Assembly: GCA_947588775.1 (NCBI GenBank)
Contig: CANPZQ010000001.1
Coordinates: 1 to 58,206 of the forward strand
From: an uncultured Clostridia bacterium
GTDB taxonomy: Bacteria > Bacillota > Clostridia > Oscillospirales > Ruminococcaceae
Reading direction: 5' to 3'
DNA length: 58,206 nucleotides
In this document: piece by piece, positions 16,817-23,695 of the stretch
How the letters are laid out: the number at the start of each line of letters is the position of its first letter
Numbering within the stretch: position 1 is the stretch's first letter
The notes under the pieces: model-generated
What the model saw: the letters and a program-made list of their open reading frames with translations, nothing else
What the model was told of the DNA's origin: nothing
Database searches by the model: none
Translations under genes and position numbers: made by a program

Positions 16817-19371
16817 TAGTCCGAACCTCCTTTAACGTAATCTGTGTAGTTATAGGTCTTGCCGCCGGCCTTTATGTCGCCCGTCGAGAGGTCGACAACG
16901 GTCTGATAGCCGTTGGAGTAGTCGGTGGTAAGAACGCTGCCGTCTACCTTGTAATCGGAGATTGTCGCGCCCTTTGCGGGGGTCAGGACTTCGTTTACAA
17001 GCTGATAGGCCTTCGACGCCTCTTCAACCCAGCCCTCGTAGCAGCAGTAGAACTTATCCACATAGTCGGTGTTGACAAGCTCGCTTGCCTCCTCGTGCAT
17101 GAACTCGAAGTTGAGGTTCGAGCCCGCGGCGATTGCCTTAAGGACCGCCGCCGTGGTATCGGGAGTGCCGTTAATCGGCTCGGAGGCGTAGTCGACATAT
17201 CCGTGAATAACCATCTGATAGAACGGGATGTCGTAGTCCGAGAGCTTGAACTGGCTCGACTGGAGGGTGAGGTTGTTGATTCTCGAAACGTATGGGATGA
17301 TGTAGGCGTTCGGAGCGTCCGCAATAACCTTTCCGTTCGATTCCTTGGCGGCCTTATAGTAGTCGATGAGGTATTCGGCGGTAGTGCAGCGGTTGGTGCG
17401 GTACTTGTTCGAGAAGTCGCTCCAAAGGGTGTTGGAAACGATTCCGAGGCCTGCGCCCTGGTCGTATTTTCCGAGGTTCTTTGTTACCTTCTTAGAGAGC
17501 TTCTCAATCGAACGCGGGCTCATCAGCGCGGCGGCAACGCCGGAATCGGGGGTGCCGTAGGCGATGTTGTAGGTATACTGTCTTGAATAGGACTTAGATA
17601 CGCGGTAAGCGGTATTGAAGAGCGTCCAGAAGCCGTTGCCGTTGGACTTGAAGGTGTTGCCCGAAACTGTTGCGTAGTAGTCTACGCCCATCTCTGCAAA
17701 TTCCTTAAGCATCTTCTTATACTGGCTCTTTCCGCCGAGGCAGGACGCCGGGCTGTCGCCGGTATCGATCTTCGAGGACATCGAATCCTCGGTCCAGTCG
17801 TGATAGTTTACGACAAGGTTTCCGACTCCCTCGTCCTTGAGGGCGGAGATGATTTCGGTCGCCTGCTTGAAGGTGGTGTAGGCGGTCTTTAACTTAATCG
17901 GGAAGCCGAGAATCGACTTCGATTTAAGGGTTCCGCCGTCGAGGTCGACGTAAAGAGCGGGCTCAGTCGCGTCGGCGGTTTTTTCAAGGCCCTTTTCCTC
18001 GATGAGATAGTTGCGGTAGATTTCGGCTATCTCGGCAGGGGTAACGGTTTCGTTATCGCTGGTGTAGGGGATATATCTTACTCCGACGCGCGGAACAAGA
18101 ATCTGGCCGTTGCCCTTTTCAAATACCATGATGGCGGAGGAGTCGCCGGTCATGTAGTAGTTATCCGTAGAACGGAGCGTAAACGAGAAGTAGCAGTCGT
18201 TATACCACGAGTTCTCGTTTTTGGAGTAGGAAACGTTCGCGTTTACGTTCGCGAAGGTGTCGCCGTCGGTCGCAATCATGACGAGGGCCTTGTTGCCCTT
18301 TACCATCGCCATGACGGGCAGATAAGCCTGCTCAACCATATCCGGCTCGACTTCCTTTACCGTAGTGATGTCGCGGCCGTAGAGGGGCTGGCTGTAGTCG
18401 GAGTAGTTGCCTCTGCCGTTATTGAGATTGATAATCGCGCCGGAGCCGTCGGGAATAAGCATATATCCCTCGTCCTCGGTTGTTGCGGCGTCCATGTAGG
18501 GGAACATCGCGAGCTCGGTGAGGACGATCGTATCTCTGTCCTCGGCGTCCTGGTCGTTTTTGACCTCTTCGCGGTAGCCGTTGTTCTCCTTGATTTCGGA
18601 GGTTTCGACGTAGCAGTAGAAGCTGTCGTCCTCAAGGACAATATGAACCGGGATATTCGCCGAAGCGGTTCTTACGCCGTAGCGAATGATGATTTCGTTG
18701 TCCTTGACCTCATATTTCATGTTTCCGCGGCTCGTCGATTCCCTGTAGGAGAACAGGAACGCCGACGAGGCGATAAGGTCGGTAGCGTTGCCGTACTTAT
18801 AGGCGATATTGGAGAGGCGGTTCTGCTTCAGGCTGTTCTTGTTGGTCGAGGTATCGGCGAGGGCGTTAATCGGGTTGGTCCAGATTATATTCCCGTCGGC
18901 CTTTTCGACGAACGCTATACGCTCAAGCTCGGCGTCCTCAACTCCGAAGTCGGCGTAAACCTCGAACTTGTCGTTTTCAAGGATTTTTTCGCAGTTCGCG
19001 AGGGCTTCCTCGTCGGTAATCATCTCGACGGGAGCTTCCTCTTCCTCCTCGCCTTCGCCCGACTCGGAATCCTCGCCCTCGGCGGGCGCGGGGTCGGTGT
19101 CGTCGGGAGTTTCAACCGCTTCGGGCTCTTCGTCCTCGGCGGGGGCCTCTTCTGCGGGAGCTTCCTCTTCGGGAGCCTCCTCGGCGGGGGCTTCCACGGC
19201 GGGTTCGTCGGTCGGGGCTACAAGCTCCTCGCCCTCGGGTGCGACCGCTTCATCGGCAAGCTCGGTTTCGTCGGCCTCGCCGCCCTCGGCAACGAGCGCG
19301 ACCGCGCTTGTTGTAATCAGGATTGCCGCTGACAGCAGGCAAGCCAGTAATCTTAGAAATGTGTTTTTCAT
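16816..19371 (-). CDS. large secreted or anchored protein of unknown function (851 aa); from memory resembles DUF5696-type proteins, unverified
   Basis: N-terminal signal/anchor, ~90-aa acidic AEEAPEEE linker, then ~700-aa globular region; embedded between transporter genes. Confidence 0.5.
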   Translation of the reverse strand: MKNTFLRLLACLLSAAILITTSAVALVAEGGEADETELADEAVAPEGEELVAPTDEPAVEAPAEEAPEEEAPAEEAPAEDEEPEAVETPDDTDPAPAEGEDSESGEGEEEEEAPVEMITDEEALANCEKILENDKFEVYADFGVEDAELERIAFVEKADGNIIWTNPINALADTSTNKNSLKQNRLSNIAYKYGNATDLIASSAFLFSYRESTSRGNMKYEVKDNEIIIRYGVRTASANIPVHIVLEDDSFYCYVETSEIKENNGYREEVKNDQDAEDRDTIVLTELAMFPYMDAATTEDEGYMLIPDGSGAIINLNNGRGNYSDYSQPLYGRDITTVKEVEPDMVEQAYLPVMAMVKGNKALVMIATDGDTFANVNANVSYSKNENSWYNDCYFSFTLRSTDNYYMTGDSSAIMVFEKGNGQILVPRVGVRYIPYTSDNETVTPAEIAEIYRNYLIEEKGLEKTADATEPALYVDLDGGTLKSKSILGFPIKLKTAYTTFKQATEIISALKDEGVGNLVVNYHDWTEDSMSSKIDTGDSPASCLGGKSQYKKMLKEFAEMGVDYYATVSGNTFKSNGNGFWTLFNTAYRVSKSYSRQYTYNIAYGTPDSGVAAALMSPRSIEKLSKKVTKNLGKYDQGAGLGIVSNTLWSDFSNKYRTNRCTTAEYLIDYYKAAKESNGKVIADAPNAYIIPYVSRINNLTLQSSQFKLSDYDIPFYQMVIHGYVDYASEPINGTPDTTAAVLKAIAAGSNLNFEFMHEEASELVNTDYVDKFYCCYEGWVEEASKAYQLVNEVLTPAKGATISDYKVDGSVLTTDYSNGYQTVVDLSTGDIKAGGKTYNYTDYVKGGSD

Positions 19372-19393
19372 AATTTACTCACTTTCTGCTTTC

Positions 19394-20029
19394 TCAGCTT
19401 CTGAATCTGTAGAGAATTTCGGTGTAGATTGTTGCGAAGAATACGTATACCTGCTGGAAGAGCGACATTATAAGCGCGAGCAGGCAGAGAATCAGGACCA
19501 TGCCGGCGACGGTTGAAATCATACTTACAAACGTCATCGTGAAGCTGTACTGGTGGCACGCCTTCATCGCGAATACCATCAGGATTACCGACCACCAGAG
19601 GCCGATCATGCTTATGGCGTTGTACCAAATCGACTCGTCGAGGGTGAGGAAGTAAGAGAGCGCGGTCGAGAGGGTATTGCCGATGATGAACGGAACCAGA
19701 GAGTAGGCGGTGTAAATCGCAACTCTGCGCATATTTCCCTCGCCGTCGAACAGGGTGCAGATACTCCAGTTTGAAACCACCCATGTGCCGTAGTAGGCGA
19801 CGGACTGAACGAGAATCGGCATGATGTTGAATACGTCGGAATAGGCCCTTGTGTTATAGGCGAAGCCGCCGTAGCGTGTGGAAAATACCTGAGAGGCAAA
19901 GAGCAGGAACACTATAAAGAAGGAAATTTTAAGCGAGCCGGCTTTTTTCCATCTCATATCCTCAAACCCCTCGGTGGGGTGGAAGATGACGTGCGTAACC
20001 CATTGCCAAGGCTTCATGTCATAAATCAT
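19394..20029 (-). CDS. Yip1-like polytopic membrane protein
   Basis: N-terminal HPTEGFEDMRWKKAGSL followed by ~5 TM; ATGA overlap with the upstream gene. Confidence 0.6.
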   Translation of the reverse strand: MIYDMKPWQWVTHVIFHPTEGFEDMRWKKAGSLKISFFIVFLLFASQVFSTRYGGFAYNTRAYSDVFNIMPILVQSVAYYGTWVVSNWSICTLFDGEGNMRRVAIYTAYSLVPFIIGNTLSTALSYFLTLDESIWYNAISMIGLWWSVILMVFAMKACHQYSFTMTFVSMISTVAGMVLILCLLALIMSLFQQVYVFFATIYTEILYRFRS

Positions 20030-21696
20030 TTACCCTTGCCCCCTTTCTTGATTTTGTCAACGACGCTGACTGCCGCGTTCTTGCAGGCGTCAACAACCTT
20101 TCCGCAGGCGGTCGCAATCAGCTTCTTCGGGATTTTGCCCTTCTTCTGGAGGTACTTAACGACGAAGTAAAGGATTACGAGCAGGAAGATGATTATAACG
20201 TAGAGCGTGAAGTTGTCGCGCAGCGTTTCCTGGCGCGAGGCCTCGAACGCCTTGTCGTATTCGTCGGCGTAGAAGCTCAGCTTCGAGTATTTCATCGCTC
20301 CCTCGTAGTCGTCCTGATTGTAGAGGGCCTTCGCGGTTCCGACGAGAGCCATATAGTAGCCGCCGTCGCGCTTCAGAACCTCCTGCCAGAGGTCGTAGGC
20401 TTCCTCATAGAAGCCGCGGTTGTGAAGCTGAATCGCGTCGTGAACGTACTGTCCGAATTCGGTGAGGCCGAAGGTCGTTATGTCGTTGTTTCTGCCGTCG
20501 AGAACATATACGTTGTTGCCGTAGGTTTCGAGGGCGTTGGGGTTGTTGAATCCGCCGCGCTGCTCCTCCTGGTCGAAGCCGAAGATAAGAAGCAGGTTGC
20601 AGCGTTCGTCATACTGGAATACGCGGCCGGTGGTGTAGTCGAGGATATTGATGAAGCCGTCGTCCGAAACCGCGATGTCGGTAAGTCTTGTGGCATAGGT
20701 GGTGCCGTTGTAGGTAGCGGAAACCTGGTCGCCGAACTCGTTGTTGTCGGCGGTTCTCTCTAAGATGTTGTAGCCCGCCGGGTTCATCTTCTTAACCGCG
20801 TCGGTGGAGGCGTTCGCAACCTCGGTGACGGTGTAGATGAAGCCTTCCTTGTCGATGTCGAAGTTCGCGTACTCGACAGGGGTGGACTTTGTAAGAGATG
20901 CAATCTGCTGCTCGGAGGCAATCTTTCTCCAGAGCTTGTTGCGGATAACCTCGGCCGTTACCTCAACTCTGTTCGCGCCGTAGTATCCGACGAAGGAGCC
21001 CGAGTCGGAGAACATTATAGCTCCCTTGTTTACGGCGGGGCAGATAACGTAGACGTTCTTCGCCGCGTCGACGACTACCTTTGTGCAGTAGAAGGAAACG
21101 GACTCATAGAGCGGGGTTTCGGGGCGGTAATACTCGTTAAGTATTCTCGCGGAGGTCTTTGTTTCCTCGACGCACTTTACGACGCGCTGGTTATCGCGGT
21201 CGGCTATGTAGATTACGTCGTCCTCGTCGACGAATACCCCGTAGGGGGACTTGAGCTCGTCGGCGTCGACCTCGATTTCGTTGCCGCTTTCATCGACGAC
21301 GGTGTGCTTTGAGGTGCTTCCCGGGAAATACTTATAGCAGGCGAGAAGGTTAAAGTCGAGGTCGGTCTTTACGATTCTGTTGTTGCCGGTGTCGGCAATA
21401 TAGAACTCTTTGTTGGGCGAAAGGAAGAAGTCCTTAGAGTCGCTCAGAGTCGAGGGCTCGTTTTCGCTGATGTAGAACTCGCTGGTGGGGTCGCTTAGCT
21501 GCCAAAGGCCGATGTCGTCGCCGTTGACGGTATTTATGACCTCATAGCCCGCCTGCGAGGGCAGGGCGTTGTCCCATGCGTCATAGCTGTATGTCGTATA
21601 CGGGTCGACCGCGAGGGCGGGAACAATCATTACGCTGACCGCCATAAGCGCGACGAGCAGTACACTCAAAATTTTTCTGAATTTCATACTATTCAC
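20026..21696 (-). CDS. signal-peptide NHL-repeat beta-propeller / TPR-like protein with C-terminal TM anchor and basic tail
   Basis: repeated FYIADTGNNRIVK / IYIADRDNQRVVK / VYVLDGRNNDITTF motifs; C-terminal TM LYVIIIFLLVILYFVV; GTG 21696 is 8 nt after AAGGTGA (alternatives 21687, 21714). Confidence 0.65.
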   Translation of the reverse strand: MNSMKFRKILSVLLVALMAVSVMIVPALAVDPYTTYSYDAWDNALPSQAGYEVINTVNGDDIGLWQLSDPTSEFYISENEPSTLSDSKDFFLSPNKEFYIADTGNNRIVKTDLDFNLLACYKYFPGSTSKHTVVDESGNEIEVDADELKSPYGVFVDEDDVIYIADRDNQRVVKCVEETKTSARILNEYYRPETPLYESVSFYCTKVVVDAAKNVYVICPAVNKGAIMFSDSGSFVGYYGANRVEVTAEVIRNKLWRKIASEQQIASLTKSTPVEYANFDIDKEGFIYTVTEVANASTDAVKKMNPAGYNILERTADNNEFGDQVSATYNGTTYATRLTDIAVSDDGFINILDYTTGRVFQYDERCNLLLIFGFDQEEQRGGFNNPNALETYGNNVYVLDGRNNDITTFGLTEFGQYVHDAIQLHNRGFYEEAYDLWQEVLKRDGGYYMALVGTAKALYNQDDYEGAMKYSKLSFYADEYDKAFEASRQETLRDNFTLYVIIIFLLVILYFVVKYLQKKGKIPKKLIATACGKVVDACKNAAVSVVDKIKKGGKGK

Positions 21697-21735
21697 CGCT
21701 TTATCACCTTTCATTTTATTTTTAATTACTCTGAA

Positions 21736-22710
21736 TCAATCCTTCATACCGGAGTTGGCCATGGTTTCCATAACGTTACTCTGGGCGATGAGGAAGATGA
21801 CAAGCGGAGGAATCATCAGGACGACAGCCGAGGCGTAGATGATGCCCTGACGCGCGATACCCGAGGCGGCTATCTGCGTCATAATGGTCGGCAGCGTCTT
21901 GAGGTCTTCACGGTATACCAGCGCGCCGCCCTGGATATTCCACGCGCCCTGGAATACGAATATGATAAGGGTCGCGATGGCGGGCTTCTGGTTGGGGATT
22001 ACGACCTGCCAGCAGGTGCGGAAGGCACCCGCGCCGTCGACCTTCGCGGCGTCGATAACCGCGTCGTTGATGGTCGACATATTCTGACGCATCAGGTAAA
22101 GGCCCATCGAGGTGGCGACGTTCGGCAGAATCATCGCCCAGTATGTGTTGATCATACCCATCTTGGCCATTACGACAAACTGCATAATCCATGTGGCGGT
22201 CGAGGTGAAGAGCATCGAGGTTACAATCAGCTGGTTCGCGAATTTATAGCCCGGAATCTTGGGGCATTTAGCCAAAACATACGCGCAGCAACATACCACG
22301 AAAACGTGCATTACGGTGATTACGATAGTGATGAATACCGAGTTGAACACGTAGCGGGAGAACGGCACCCAAAGGTTGCCGGCAACCTTGAAGAGGTTCG
22401 AGAAGTTCTCGCCGGTAGGCTGTAAAACATAGAGCTTAGGCGGGAATACGAACAGCTCGCTTATCGGCTTGAAGGACTGTACGATTGAGTAATAGAGTGG
22501 GAATATCATGAATAATCCCAGAAGGCAGAGAAGAACGAATATGCAGATGTCACCGCCCAAGGAGCCGTTTATATGCTTGCCTTTGGACTTTTTGACCTTT
22601 GCCTTTTCGATGTCGCCTCTTTTTTTCTGACGTTTTCTGAGTTTTTTCAGTGCCTTTTCGTTTGCGGATTCAAGCGAATCCATAATCGGTGTCTGTACGG
22701 CGTCTGCCAT
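21736..22710 (-). CDS. carbohydrate ABC transporter permease (MalG-type) with Lys-rich N-terminal tail
   Basis: 6 TM permease; AAAGGAGGGG RBS. Confidence 0.8.
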   Translation of the reverse strand: MADAVQTPIMDSLESANEKALKKLRKRQKKRGDIEKAKVKKSKGKHINGSLGGDICIFVLLCLLGLFMIFPLYYSIVQSFKPISELFVFPPKLYVLQPTGENFSNLFKVAGNLWVPFSRYVFNSVFITIVITVMHVFVVCCCAYVLAKCPKIPGYKFANQLIVTSMLFTSTATWIMQFVVMAKMGMINTYWAMILPNVATSMGLYLMRQNMSTINDAVIDAAKVDGAGAFRTCWQVVIPNQKPAIATLIIFVFQGAWNIQGGALVYREDLKTLPTIMTQIAASGIARQGIIYASAVVLMIPPLVIFLIAQSNVMETMANSGMKD

Positions 22711-22725
22711 TTATGTTCCCCTCCT

Positions 22726-23679
22726 TTAATCTGTATATTTGCTGAGCACGCTTCTGATGACGTGGTTGCATATAAGCATTACCGCGAACAAAACGAAGCA
22801 TATTGCCGAGGCGTAGCCCATTTCGTAACGGATAGAGCCGTAGTCCTGAGCGTGGTTCATAATCGTATGAACCGCGTAAGCGGTCGAGGGCAGGCCGCAG
22901 AGCGACGCTCCTACCGAGCCAACGGTAAAGGCTCCCGAAATCGCGAGAACGGCTGCGAACAGAAGCGACGGTCCCATCGCGGGGATTGTGATGGTGAAGA
23001 GCTCCTGGAAGCGGTTCTGGATTCCTTCGATGGCTCCCGCCTCATAGAGGGCGGTATCTATACCCTGGAAGCCGGCGCGAAGGGCTAAGAAGCCCGCGCC
23101 CATCGACATCCAGAGCTGGACGATAATTACGACGGTCATCATGTATGTGACGTCGGTGAGCCACTGTTTCGCGGAATTGATAATTCCGAAGTCCATAAGA
23201 ACCGAGTTTAAGTATCCGTAGGAGTCGCCCGAGAATACGAGCTGCCAGATTACGAACGCCGAGGGCGTCATGGACGGGGCGTAGAACACGAATGTGAAGA
23301 AAACCTTCAAAAACGGGTTCATTTCGTTAATCAACCACGCGAGCAAAAAGCTCAGCACATATGAGAACGGGCCGGTGAACACCGCGAAAATAAGGGTGTT
23401 CTTAATTGCGAGGAGGAAGATGTCGTCGTTTACGAACAGCGAGTAGAAGTTCTGTAAACCTATGAACCGCGGGAACTGAACGAGGTTGAAGCTCGTAAGT
23501 CCCAGAGGCAGCGACATTACAACCGGGATAATCGTGAAGATTGCGAACAGCGCGAAGAACGGGAGCATCATCCAGTAGCACGCCTGATTCATCTTCATGA
23601 GGTGCAGGGTATACGCCGATTTGCTTTCGGTGTTGAGAGGCTTTACCTTTTTGACTTCCTCTTTTTCTTTTTTAGCCAT
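22726..23679 (-). CDS. sugar ABC transporter permease (MalF-type) with Lys-rich N-terminal tail
   Basis: 6 TM permease; AAGGAGGGAGG RBS. Confidence 0.8.
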   Translation of the reverse strand: MAKKEKEEVKKVKPLNTESKSAYTLHLMKMNQACYWMMLPFFALFAIFTIIPVVMSLPLGLTSFNLVQFPRFIGLQNFYSLFVNDDIFLLAIKNTLIFAVFTGPFSYVLSFLLAWLINEMNPFLKVFFTFVFYAPSMTPSAFVIWQLVFSGDSYGYLNSVLMDFGIINSAKQWLTDVTYMMTVVIIVQLWMSMGAGFLALRAGFQGIDTALYEAGAIEGIQNRFQELFTITIPAMGPSLLFAAVLAISGAFTVGSVGASLCGLPSTAYAVHTIMNHAQDYGSIRYEMGYASAICFVLFAVMLICNHVIRSVLSKYTD

Positions 23680-23695
23680 TTAAATTCCTCCCTCC

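Noticed and set aside
16804-19516. Plus-strand ORFs of 182-260 aa (16804-17586, 18643-19332, 18968-19516)
   Set aside because: They are antisense to the 851-aa gene. The acidic-linker region read backwards gives Ser/Gly/Ala-rich low complexity.
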